Origin: Acidimicrobiia bacterium
GTDB lineage: Bacteria > Actinomycetota > Acidimicrobiia > Spongiisociales > ZC4RG35
NCBI GenBank assembly: GCA_035292605.1
Contig: DATDPT010000155.1
Coordinates: forward strand, 1,408-65,407
Reading direction: 5' to 3'
Length of the DNA: 64,000 bases
The position numbers were made by a program, and so were the translations under genes. The notes under the pieces are model-generated. The model did no database searches. It saw only the letters and a program-made list of their open reading frames with translations, and had not been told where the DNA came from. This document shows positions 1 through 7,296 of the stretch, piece by piece; within the stretch, counting starts at the first letter, position 1; the number at the start of each line of letters is the position of its first letter.

Positions 1-1
1 G

Positions 2-418
2 ATTCACGGCACCGACATCGGGGGGAACGCCTCGAGGATTCCGTTGAAGACGGGCTCAGTCTCGAAGATGTCGTTACACAACTCGCTCGAGCATTTTGAG
101 GGCAGGAGCGACATCAGGTTCTTCCGAGAGGCGCAACGTCTGCTTCGACCCGGTGGCAAGCTGCTCGTGGTTCCCCTGTTCATACGCGATGAGTACTCAA
201 CGGTGAACGACGCTGGTTGGGTGGATGAGGGTGGCGTGAAACACCTCTGGGGGGTGGGGGCCCGGTTCGCCCGCTGGTACGACCCGGCCCAGTTCAAGAC
301 TCGGATCATCGACAACAGCAACAAACTGGACCTCCACCTGTACCACGTCGACAACGCAGTCGAGGTCGACCCGAGCTGTTACCCGTACTTCGCGCTGTTC
401 GAGAAACGGGCTAGTTAG
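2..418 (+). CDS. SAM-dependent methyltransferase, C-terminal part (5' end lies left of the window)
   Basis: Track ORF 44..418. The same frame stays open back to base 2 (IHGTDIGGNASRIPLKTG...). The LLRPGGKLLVVP segment resembles class I methyltransferase core strands. Family call is from memory. Confidence 0.5.
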   Translation: MHGTDIGGNASRIPLKTGSVSKMSLHNSLEHFEGRSDIRFFREAQRLLRPGGKLLVVPLFIRDEYSTVNDAGWVDEGGVKHLWGVGARFARWYDPAQFKTRIIDNSNKLDLHLYHVDNAVEVDPSCYPYFALFEKRAS

Positions 419-516
419 AGCCCAGGCGATTCCTGGGTTCCCTCTCGAATCTGTCACTGCTATCCGACACACTCGTGACATCCGCATTTCCCCGATCGAT
501 GGAATGGGGGAGTGTC

Positions 517-846
517 ATGGATCTCAATCTGATCGTCCTTTGTGGGCGGCTCGCGGTTCCACCGGAGATCAAGATCTTCGAGTCGGGAACCCGTCTGATC
601 CGCTACCTGGTGACGGTGCGCAGCGAGGAGCCGCGGCGACGGGTCGATGTGATCCCGGTTTCGATGTGGGACCCGCCCGAGGAGCTCATCGAGGAGACAC
701 CGGAGACCGGCCGCCGGATCTGGGTGTGTGGCTCGGTGCAACGGCGGTTCTGGGAGGCGCCCGATGGTCGCCGCAGTCGCATCGAGGTGGTGGCCGAGCA
801 GGTCCAGCTGCGCGACGTCGAAGAGTTGGAGCCGGTGCAGGTCTGA
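517..846 (+). CDS. single-stranded DNA-binding protein-like OB-fold protein (short, no acidic tail)
   Basis: Inside track ORF 475..846. ATG 517 sits 6 nt after GGGGGAG. The N-terminus MDLNLIVLCGRLAVPPEIKIFESGTRLIRYLV matches the N-v-L-GrL-dPe SSB pattern. Confidence 0.6.
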   Translation: MDLNLIVLCGRLAVPPEIKIFESGTRLIRYLVTVRSEEPRRRVDVIPVSMWDPPEELIEETPETGRRIWVCGSVQRRFWEAPDGRRSRIEVVAEQVQLRDVEELEPVQV

Positions 847-934
847 ATCCCCGCGGTCATTGGCGATTTTGGCTGGCTGGTTCAGAGGTACAGTGACCGA
901 CGTCCCCGTCCTGTCGGATTCCTGGAGGTGTCCC

Positions 935-1114
935 ATGCCCTGGTACTGGAGCGATGACCTCGCCCGTGTCTTGCTCGCCGCCGGGAAGATCGAGCCCAGG
1001 CTGGCGGATCAGCTGGTCAGGACACCGGTCGCCATCCGTCGACCCGAGCCCGATCTGGAGACGGCAGCACTTGCCATGCAAGACGACGACAACGAGATCC
1101 CGTTAGCGGCCTGA
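935..1114 (+). CDS. small hypothetical protein (59 aa)
   Basis: Internal ATG of track ORF 728..1114, preceded by GGAGG at 7-nt spacing. It ends 3 nt before the SURF1 start. No family recognised. Confidence 0.4.
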   Translation: MPWYWSDDLARVLLAAGKIEPRLADQLVRTPVAIRRPEPDLETAALAMQDDDNEIPLAA

Positions 1115-1117
1115 GTC

Positions 1118-1849
1118 TTGCGGGCCCTGCTCACCCCGCGGTGGATGATCGCCCACGTGGTGCTGCTGGTCATCTCGGTCGTCTTTGTGAATCTGGGGAT
1201 GTGGCAACTCCATCGGCTCGACGAGCAACGTCTGGCCAACACGGTGGGGGAGTCCCGGTTCGAGGCCGAGCCGGTTGACGCCACTCTGTTGGTGTCGGCC
1301 GCCGGCTCCGACCTCGACTCCCTCAGTGATCGCCGGGCTCTGGCGACCGGCATCTTCGTCCCCGAATCCGAGGTGCTGATCCGGAGCCAGGTCTATCGCG
1401 AGGTCGCCGGCTTCCATGTCATCACTCCGCTGCTGACGGAGGACGGTTCAGCGATGCTGGTCAACCGTGGGTGGGTGCCCCTGGAAATGGACCAAGTGCC
1501 GGTGACGGCGGCGCCGCCCCCGACCGGGGTGGTCACCGTGGAAGGGTGGCTGGCCCCTACCCAGGAGAGACGGGCGCTCGGGCCTCTCGACCCCGCAGAC
1601 GGCCGGCTGGTGGCCTTGAACCGGGTTGACATCGATAGGATCCAGGACCAGGTTTCCCTGCCTCTATCACCGGTGTACCTGGTGGCGATAGGGGAGTGGG
1701 AGGCCGAGCTCCCGATCCCGGTCGATCCGCCGACATTCGACGACGAGGGGCCCCATCTCGCCTACGCCGTCCAGTGGTTCTCGTTCCTTGTCATTGGGCT
1801 GGTGGGCTATGGCTTCCTGATCAGGAAGTCGCTTCGCAGCTCAGGCTGA
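1118..1849 (+). CDS. SURF1 family cytochrome oxidase assembly protein
   Basis: Track ORF, TTG start. N- and C-terminal TM segments. Motifs GMWQLHRL, GFHVITPL, LVNRGWVP and HLAYAVQWF are typical of SURF1. Confidence 0.8.
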   Translation: MRALLTPRWMIAHVVLLVISVVFVNLGMWQLHRLDEQRLANTVGESRFEAEPVDATLLVSAAGSDLDSLSDRRALATGIFVPESEVLIRSQVYREVAGFHVITPLLTEDGSAMLVNRGWVPLEMDQVPVTAAPPPTGVVTVEGWLAPTQERRALGPLDPADGRLVALNRVDIDRIQDQVSLPLSPVYLVAIGEWEAELPIPVDPPTFDDEGPHLAYAVQWFSFLVIGLVGYGFLIRKSLRSSG

Positions 1850-2332
1850 GACCGGGAGCGCGAGGTCGTCGACAATCTCGACCCCCTCGAGCCCGACGAA
1901 CTGACGGGGGTCGAGCTTGATCTTGGCCGAGCGGGACCCGGCGCCGATGATCACCCATTCCGGGGCCAGCACCTGGCCGTCGATCCAGACCGGTATCCCG
2001 CTGGGGAGCCCGAACACGGTGACGCCGCCGATCTCCATCCCGGTGAGCTCCTTGGTCTGCTCGGCGGAGGCGAAACTCGCCTTACGGACCCCGAGCCGGC
2101 GGCGGACCATCCCATTGACGTCGAGACGGGTGGTGGCGAGCACCAGACAGGCGGCAACGTGTCCTTCCGGCTTCCTCGAGGCGACGAGGATGGTGTTCGC
2201 CGATCGATCCATCGGGACGTCGTAGGCAGCGCAGAATTGGGCGGTGTCGGCCAGATCGGGGTCACACGCCATTTCCTCATACCGGATCGAGTTGGCATCG
2301 AGGGCGGCGATCACACTCAGATCTGCAGACAT
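1841..2332 (-). CDS. YbaK/EbsC-type aminoacyl-tRNA editing (deacylase) domain protein
   Basis: Track ORF of 163 aa. TILVASRK...ACLVLATTRLD...GMEIGGVTVFGLP resembles the YbaK/ProX family. Confidence 0.75.
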   Translation of the reverse strand: MSADLSVIAALDANSIRYEEMACDPDLADTAQFCAAYDVPMDRSANTILVASRKPEGHVAACLVLATTRLDVNGMVRRRLGVRKASFASAEQTKELTGMEIGGVTVFGLPSGIPVWIDGQVLAPEWVIIGAGSRSAKIKLDPRQFVGLEGVEIVDDLALPVSA

Positions 2333-2392
2333 GCCGGGGGAGAGTAGGCAAATCCTGGCAAGTCTCCACCCGGAACTGCCAGAGTTGGGGTC

Positions 2393-3145
2393 ATGAGTGA
2401 ATACGACATCGGAACCTACGGGCAGCGATGGGCGCCTTTCTACGACTCGATCTATGAGGAGATCGACACCGCCACCATCGGGTTCCTCCGGGCCTTGGCC
2501 GGCACTCCGCCCCGGGCACTGGAGCTGGCGATCGGGTCGGGGAGGGTGGCAATGCCTCTGGCGGAGGCAGGCGTCTCGGTCACCGGGATCGACATCTCAG
2601 AGGAGATGATCAGCCTGTTGCGGGCGAAACAAGGAGGAGATCGCATCTCCGTGGCGGTGGGTGACTTCGCCGACGTCGAAGTAGACGGGCAATTCCCCCT
2701 CGTCTATCTGACATTCAACACGCTGTTCGCCCTGCTCGATCAGGGGAGACAAGTGGAGTGCTTCCAGAACGTCGCCCGCGCCCTGGAGCCCGGAGGCCGA
2801 TTCGTGTTGGACACCTTCGTCCCCGACCCGAGCCGTTACGACCATCTCGGGACCCGAATCGGGGTTTCCAGCATCAGTTCCAACGAGGCCCACGCCTACG
2901 AGCTGGCCATCCACGACCCACTCGGCCAGACGGTGATCTCCCACCAGGTGCGACGTCTCGAGGACGGATCGACGGTCGTGTTGCCGGTGACGATCCGTTA
3001 CGCCTGGCCGACGGAGATGGATCTGATGGGACGGCTAGCCGGGCTGGAGTTGGAGGAGCGCTGGGGTTGGTATGACCGCCGACCGTTCACCGAGCGATCG
3101 GGACAGCACGTGTCGGTCTACAGGAAACCGCGGGCTCAAAGCTGA
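2393..3145 (+). CDS. class I SAM-dependent methyltransferase
   Basis: Track ORF of 250 aa. Motif I-like ALELAIGSGRVAMPLA, then VTGIDISEEM and LEPGGRFVLD. Confidence 0.8.
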   Translation: MSEYDIGTYGQRWAPFYDSIYEEIDTATIGFLRALAGTPPRALELAIGSGRVAMPLAEAGVSVTGIDISEEMISLLRAKQGGDRISVAVGDFADVEVDGQFPLVYLTFNTLFALLDQGRQVECFQNVARALEPGGRFVLDTFVPDPSRYDHLGTRIGVSSISSNEAHAYELAIHDPLGQTVISHQVRRLEDGSTVVLPVTIRYAWPTEMDLMGRLAGLELEERWGWYDRRPFTERSGQHVSVYRKPRAQS

Positions 3146-3154
3146 CCGTGCCCC

Positions 3155-3577
3155 TCAGTGGGCGTGATCGTGATCATGGTTATGAGCGTGGTCATGGTCG
3201 GGGTCGGCTGCCAGCTCCGCCTCGTGGGCGGCCAGTTGGGCCCGTACCTCGTCCATGTCCACCTCGCGTACCTGTGAGATCAGGTCCTCCAACATGTCGG
3301 GGGGCAGAGCGCCCGGCTGTGAATAGAGGACTATCTGGTCCCGGAACACCATCAGAGTCGGAATCGAGCGGATCCCGAACGCCTGGGCCAGCTCCTGCTG
3401 GTCCTCGGTGTCGACCTTGGCGAACACCATGTCCGGATTGCTCGCCGACGCAGCCTCGTAGTTCGGCGCGAATGAACGACACGGGCCGCACCATTCAGCC
3501 CAGAAGTCGACGAGCACGGTCGCGTTGTCCTGGATCGTCTGGTCGAATGTCTCTTTGTTGAGTGCCACTGTGGCCAT
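3155..3577 (-). CDS. trxA: thioredoxin with C-terminal His/Asp-rich tail
   Basis: Internal ATG (aa 49 of track ORF 3155..3721), preceded by AGAGG. WCGPC active site in VLVDFWAEWCGPCRSF. The tail is DPDHDHAHNHDHDHAH. The upstream part of the track ORF is the repeat/promoter region, not coding. Confidence 0.9.
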   Translation of the reverse strand: MATVALNKETFDQTIQDNATVLVDFWAEWCGPCRSFAPNYEAASASNPDMVFAKVDTEDQQELAQAFGIRSIPTLMVFRDQIVLYSQPGALPPDMLEDLISQVREVDMDEVRAQLAAHEAELAADPDHDHAHNHDHDHAH

Positions 3578-3609
3578 TTCAAAACCTCTGCTGTCTAGTC
3601 GGACAGGAG

Positions 3610-3635
3610 AACCATCTGAATTGTTCCGGGATTCC
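3610..3635 (-). promoter_or_regulatory. SigH/SigR-type ECF promoter for thioredoxin (GGAAT-N18-GTT)
   Basis: The minus strand reads GGAAT cccggaacaattcagatg GTT, with exact 18-nt spacing, about 30 nt upstream of the trx ATG. trx genes are classical SigR/SigH targets in actinobacteria. Confidence 0.6.
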
Positions 3636-3705
3636 CCTTTGGTGGGGTTGTGATGAAGGGGGAGTGGGAGGGGACGGGGAGTGATGTGGGAGTGAGGTGA
3701 ATGGA

Positions 3706-3733
3706 TTGACTCATAATCCACGTTCTCTCCACT
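3706..3733 (+). other. dif-like site S1: good left (XerC-type) arm, degenerate right arm
   Basis: TTGACTCATAA|TCCACG|TTCTCTCCACT. The left arm and 6-bp centre are identical or near-identical to S2. Similarity to S2 and S3 stops exactly after the centre. Confidence 0.6.
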
Positions 3734-3760
3734 GATTCTCTCGGTTTCTTAGGAGACGGT

Positions 3761-4462
3761 GTGAGAAACGAGCTGAACGACCTGATTCGAGCAATCGTGG
3801 ATACCCGATTCGCAGTCACCAACGTGGCGAACCGTGTGATCCAGGATCTGCGTCAAGGATACCGGACTTCTTACCGGGACCACACATGGGGCAAGGAGCA
3901 CTACGAGGCCATGGAGAAGGTGCACCTAGGAGTGGAAGCCGCATGGCACTACGCGAAGTGGCTGCAGATTCCAGAGGCTGACTTCCGACTGGAAGAAGGA
4001 TCTGCAGCACTCGCAGGACTACTGGACGATCTGGAAATGTTCTTCGGAGATCGCTTGACCAGTCCCGAACTATCCATAGCGTCGCCCGCCGTCATCCGCC
4101 ATACAGAAGGAGCAGAGATGGCAAGCAAACACACAGTGGCGAGCCTGGCCGAGTGGATCCAGGACCTGTCCGACAGAATCGATGAGGCAGTCGGGAACCT
4201 GAACGACCAGCTGTCAGAGCTGGAGCGAGGTCTCGACCATGCGATCGAGTCAGCAGAGAGCGGTCAGAAGGACGGTCGCAAGAAGCGGACCATGACCGAC
4301 GAGCAACGGAAGGAAGTTGGACGTCGTCTACAGCAGGCCAGAGCCGACAAGCTGGGCTTGCAGACGATTGAGCAGCTGCATGCCCTGAAGTTGAGACCAG
4401 GTCAGCAGCCCACCAAGGCGCAGATCACGAAGGTGAAGAAAGAGCTCCCAGTCAAGAGCTGA
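3761..4462 (+). CDS. hypothetical protein (233 aa, helical, basic C-terminus)
   Basis: Track ORF, GTG start 7 nt after AGGAG, followed by a clean terminator. No family recognised. Confidence 0.6.
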   Translation: MRNELNDLIRAIVDTRFAVTNVANRVIQDLRQGYRTSYRDHTWGKEHYEAMEKVHLGVEAAWHYAKWLQIPEADFRLEEGSAALAGLLDDLEMFFGDRLTSPELSIASPAVIRHTEGAEMASKHTVASLAEWIQDLSDRIDEAVGNLNDQLSELERGLDHAIESAESGQKDGRKKRTMTDEQRKEVGRRLQQARADKLGLQTIEQLHALKLRPGQQPTKAQITKVKKELPVKS

Positions 4463-4483
4463 GCGAAACCGACTGGGAAGACA

Positions 4484-4518
4484 GAGGCCTCGCCGAAAGG
4501 CGGGGTCTTTGCCTCTTT
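4484..4518 (+). terminator. rho-independent terminator
   Basis: The CCTCGCC-GAAA-GGCGGGG stem is extendable to about 10 bp and is followed by TCTTTGCCTCTTT, 22 nt after the stop at 4462. Confidence 0.65.
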
Positions 4519-4783
4519 GATCGTTACCTATCGCAATCTACTGCTATCATCCAGAGGATGCGAAACATGATCGCCCGAATGTTCTGCAGGCTGGCCGACC
4601 ACTTCGGCGGCTGCCCTGAGCCATCCGGCCCTGTCCTTTACGAACGAACCATCACACGGCTCTAGTTCTGGGCTCCTCCTGACCCAGGAGCCTCTTGCTC
4701 TGTCGGATGCGTCTTTACCATCCCCGGGACTTCTGTATTACGCGCTTGTAATTTGCCAGGACCCAATGCATCATTGGTGAGTT

Positions 4784-5422
4784 GTGAGTGACTACGTAGC
4801 GCCTGAGTTCAAAGTTGAAGCCTTCAACTGCCCGTATTGCGGTGCATACGCACATCAAGAATGGGACGTGCTGATTGTTCGGCAATACACAAGCTGGGAG
4901 TCGACGGTCGTCTGGATGTCCTCCTGTGCTCATTGCACCCGAAACTCGTTTTGGCATGAAGAGGAAGGGGCGATGGTCTATCCCCGTTACTCGACCGCAC
5001 CACCGCCCAGTCCAGACATGCCCGAACCGTCGGCGCGGTTCTACAACGAAGCACGCGATGTGCTGGATGCTTCGCCGCGTGCCGCTGCAGCCTTGCTCCG
5101 GAGTTGCGTGGAGCAATTGCTGGTTGACCTGGGATTCGAGAATGGAACGCTTAACGACAAGATTGGGGCCCTCGTGAAGGATGGGCTTCCTGAGCGTTAT
5201 CAGAGAATCTTTGATGCGGTGCGGATTACGGGCAACGGCATTCATCCCGGGCAGATCGAGAGTGACAACCGGGAGATGGCTCTTGCACTCTTCCAGCTCG
5301 TCAATCGCATAGTCGATGAGCGCATCACCCAGATCAAGACGGAGGAAGCAATCTGGGACGTGCTCCCTGAGGGCGCAAAGGAAGCGGTGGCTCGTCGGGA
5401 TAAGCCGCCGGTGGAAAGCTGA
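4784..5422 (+). CDS. DUF4145 domain protein with N-terminal zinc-ribbon (CPYCG...CAHC)
   Basis: Track ORF, GTG start after GGTGAG. ARFYNEARDVLDASPRAAAALLRSCVEQLL...LNDKIGALV...FDAVRITGNGIHPG fits the DUF4145 pattern (A..l.R..lE..l...L...I..L...l..iR..GN...H). Confidence 0.65.
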   Translation: MSDYVAPEFKVEAFNCPYCGAYAHQEWDVLIVRQYTSWESTVVWMSSCAHCTRNSFWHEEEGAMVYPRYSTAPPPSPDMPEPSARFYNEARDVLDASPRAAAALLRSCVEQLLVDLGFENGTLNDKIGALVKDGLPERYQRIFDAVRITGNGIHPGQIESDNREMALALFQLVNRIVDERITQIKTEEAIWDVLPEGAKEAVARRDKPPVES

Positions 5423-5447
5423 GGAACCTATTCCTGCCGTCTGGGAC

Positions 5448-5972
5448 ATGAGTATCGAGAGCGACAACCGCAAGGTTGCTGAATGCGAATTTCAAAAGTT
5501 GTCAGCCTTGCTTGGATCAGACGGGCTTGATGGACTCAGATTCAGCGTCGAACTGCATGAGTTCGCGTACGTCGTGTTCGGACGATTTCACGAGGAAGGC
5601 GACAAACACTGGCTTGATGTAGCGCCGAAGACCCTGGAAACCTGTTCCCCCGAAAAGGTCGAGGACGTGGTTCGTCACGAGTACGCCCACTACCTGCACT
5701 GGCGGGAGATGGGACAGGTCAAGAATGACCACGGACCAGAATGGCAAGCTCTCTGCCTTCTAACAGGAGCCGTCCCGACATACCTAGGGATCGACGAGCA
5801 GCCTCCCGATGAAGTCTGGTTCGACCTCTACATCCGATGTGACAACTGCTACGGGCACCAGACTCCTGATTTCTGCAATGAAGGTGACATCAGAGTGCGG
5901 GAGTACATCTGCCCTTTGTGTCGCCAGCACTTCTGGGCTAGGCCTACATCAGAACTGCGCACACAGCATTGA
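5448..5972 (+). CDS. SprT-like zinc metalloprotease domain protein with C-terminal zinc ribbon
   Basis: Internal ATG of track ORF 5316..5972, 25 nt after the DUF4145 stop. HEYAH (HExxH) is followed by DHGPEW, and CDNC...CPLC lies at the C-terminus. Confidence 0.6.
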   Translation: MSIESDNRKVAECEFQKLSALLGSDGLDGLRFSVELHEFAYVVFGRFHEEGDKHWLDVAPKTLETCSPEKVEDVVRHEYAHYLHWREMGQVKNDHGPEWQALCLLTGAVPTYLGIDEQPPDEVWFDLYIRCDNCYGHQTPDFCNEGDIRVREYICPLCRQHFWARPTSELRTQH

Positions 5973-5992
5973 GATAGTTAGCTAACCGTGGG

Positions 5993-6025
5993 GCTGCCGG
6001 GCCGGACACGATAGGGGCCGGCAGC
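5993..6025. terminator. hairpin between convergent genes (possible bidirectional terminator), degenerate copy of the GGCGGAYGGGATAGAGCC loop motif
   Basis: GCTGCCGG / CCGGCAGC 8-bp stem with a 17-nt loop GCCGGACACGATAGGGG. It lies between stop 5972 (+) and stop 6045 (-). No clear U-tract. Confidence 0.35.
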
Positions 6026-6044
6026 TGCTCGTTGAACCCGCCTG

Positions 6045-6245
6045 TTAGCGGGGTCGAGTTCTCTCAAGCTCCGTATGGGCTTCGTCCAGAGCGTCGTTTA
6101 GCTTGTCGTAGCCAGAAAACTTCAGATCGACTGCTAGCGCCATCATGTCGATGATGAGGTTGAAGTCGTTCTCCCATTTCGTGTCCCGCTCAGGATCGAC
6201 GTAGTCTTCCCTCTGCTCAGGGGTGCGGTAATCGCGGTAGGACAT
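6045..6245 (-). CDS. hypothetical small protein (66 aa)
   Basis: Track ORF with a helical, acidic sequence. Weak RBS. Confidence 0.4.
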   Translation of the reverse strand: MSYRDYRTPEQREDYVDPERDTKWENDFNLIIDMMALAVDLKFSGYDKLNDALDEAHTELERTRPR

Positions 6246-6399
6246 ATATCTACGGTAGTCAGCTAAACGGCGGATGGGATAGAGCCCGGTAGCTAGTCCG
6301 CCTCAGATTCAGCGTTACCATGCCCGGGGTCAGCTGTCACATGTTCCCGAGCAGCTGGCATATCTCCTTGTGACTGGAGCTGTTGCGCACTGCCTTCGG

Positions 6400-6606
6400 C
6401 TAGACCTTCGTTGCGATCCTCGGCCGGACAATCAGGGGCAGTTTGTGTGTCGGGCAGGAGTTGACCGTCGAATCGAGTGGCATCCACCCGCAGGTTGGGC
6501 ACTGACGTTGTGTGGCCCTGGACTTCGGCGCTAGGTAAATCAGGGCCTTGCGTGGCGGATCCACCTGGTTCTGGAACTCTTCGATGTCATCCTCGAGATC
6601 TCGCAT
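6400..6606 (-). CDS. hypothetical small protein with CPxCG...CPxH zinc-ribbon-like knuckles (68 aa)
   Basis: Track ORF containing CPTCGW...SCPTH. It competes with overlapping ORF 6293..6502, so the call is uncertain. Confidence 0.35.
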   Translation of the reverse strand: MRDLEDDIEEFQNQVDPPRKALIYLAPKSRATQRQCPTCGWMPLDSTVNSCPTHKLPLIVRPRIATKV

Positions 6607-6648
6607 GAGGCTGAAGACACTCTCACCATCTGGTAGCCAATGCTGGCC

Positions 6649-6885
6649 CTAAGCTTCCAATATTCCCAACTGGCGATGCTCCTCCCGAAGAAGTCGGAGG
6701 TGGTCGTCGAGATGTTCCTGCGCCTCAACCGTGCGACGCAAAGCCTCTGTGTTGACGGCACACTCATCACTGCCCTTGACCGGGCGTTGTAGCAACTCAC
6801 ACTTCAAGAGGCTGTGAGGCCACCCGTTCTCGGCATAGCGGCATTCATCACAAGTCCATCTCGACGCAGTCATCGCCTTCTCCAT
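6649..6885 (-). CDS. hypothetical Cys-containing small protein (78 aa), first gene of the leftward operon
   Basis: Track ORF. ATG is preceded by GAGG and lies directly downstream of a palindrome overlapping a TAAACT -10-like hexamer. Confidence 0.5.
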   Translation of the reverse strand: MEKAMTASRWTCDECRYAENGWPHSLLKCELLQRPVKGSDECAVNTEALRRTVEAQEHLDDHLRLLREEHRQLGILEA

Positions 6886-6892
6886 GCCTCAG

Positions 6893-6910
6893 AACTACAC
6901 ACTTGTAGTT
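6893..6910. promoter_or_regulatory. perfect 7-4-7 palindrome (operator candidate) overlapping the leftward promoter
   Basis: AACTACA-CACT-TGTAGTT. The minus-strand TAAACT (6912-6907) overlaps it. A second palindrome GCGCATC-G-GATGCGC lies at 6930-6944. Confidence 0.4.
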
Positions 6911-7267
6911 TACAGAGGGCCACGCTGTCGCGCATCGGATGCGCACGCTCAGGGTGTGGCGCGGAGAACACAGACCAGTCGGTGACAACACACAGGAGGA
7001 GGGGCTGCTGGCGGACGGGATAGAGCCAGCAGCCTCTTCGCCTCGTAGCGGGTTCGTAGTCCATACGTAGCTAGTTCAGGTAGCTATGGCGTCTGTATCT
7101 GTATGTATGCGTAAGTTTCGTTAGCTTCTGGTGCGTATTTGGCTGCGCGTATATGCCATCGGCAGAAATACGAAAAGAAATCTGATATAGACACGACATA
7201 GACAGGGGCGTTTCAGAAGCCCTAACTAAGGCTAGGCGAAACTAACTCGACGGTCGACGTGGAGCGT

Positions 7268-7296
7268 TTGACCATATTGTGACCGTGGTATACGGT
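7268..7296 (+). promoter_or_regulatory. rightward promoter, probably giving a leaderless mRNA
   Basis: TTGACC, 17-nt spacer, TACGGT (TANNNT). ATG 7303 lies 7 nt after the -10 element, which is the usual geometry of leaderless actinobacterial transcripts. Confidence 0.45.

Larger units (their letters stand above)
3599..3733. repeat. copy 1 of a triplicated ~125-135 nt block (dif-flank block)
   Basis: Aligns with 11843-11982 and more loosely with 15553-15674. Shared ends are GTCGGACAGGAGAACCA and CATAATCCACGTT, with an internal ATTCCC..TTTGGTG block and a divergent G/T-rich middle. Confidence 0.8.

Noticed and set aside
3148-3721. Plus-strand 137-aa ORF (3148..3561) and the 5' extension of the thioredoxin ORF to 3721
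   Set aside because: The first is antisense to trx. The second runs through the promoter, the repeat block and site S1. The RBS-supported ATG 3577 gives a normal thioredoxin N-terminus.
4558-4665. 35-codon ORF (MRNMIARMFCRLADHFGGCPEPSG...) between the terminator at 4484-4518 and a hairpin at 4669-4695
   Set aside because: The Shine-Dalgarno-like AGAGG abuts the ATG with no spacing, and there is no other support.
4735-4756. ATTACGCGCTTGTAAT upstream of the DUF4145 gene resembles the host merR-leader palindrome GTTACACGCTTGTAAC (31739-31754)
   Set aside because: Only 13 of 16 positions match. A back-of-envelope estimate gives on the order of half an occurrence by chance on both strands of 64 kb. 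This is not enough to claim shared regulation.
6293-6502. 69-aa minus-strand ORF overlapping 6400..6606
   Set aside because: It has a GTG start without an RBS. It overlaps by about 100 nt the ORF that carries CPxCG/CPxH knuckles. I could not exclude it, or a frameshift joining the two ORFs, so it is left unannotated.
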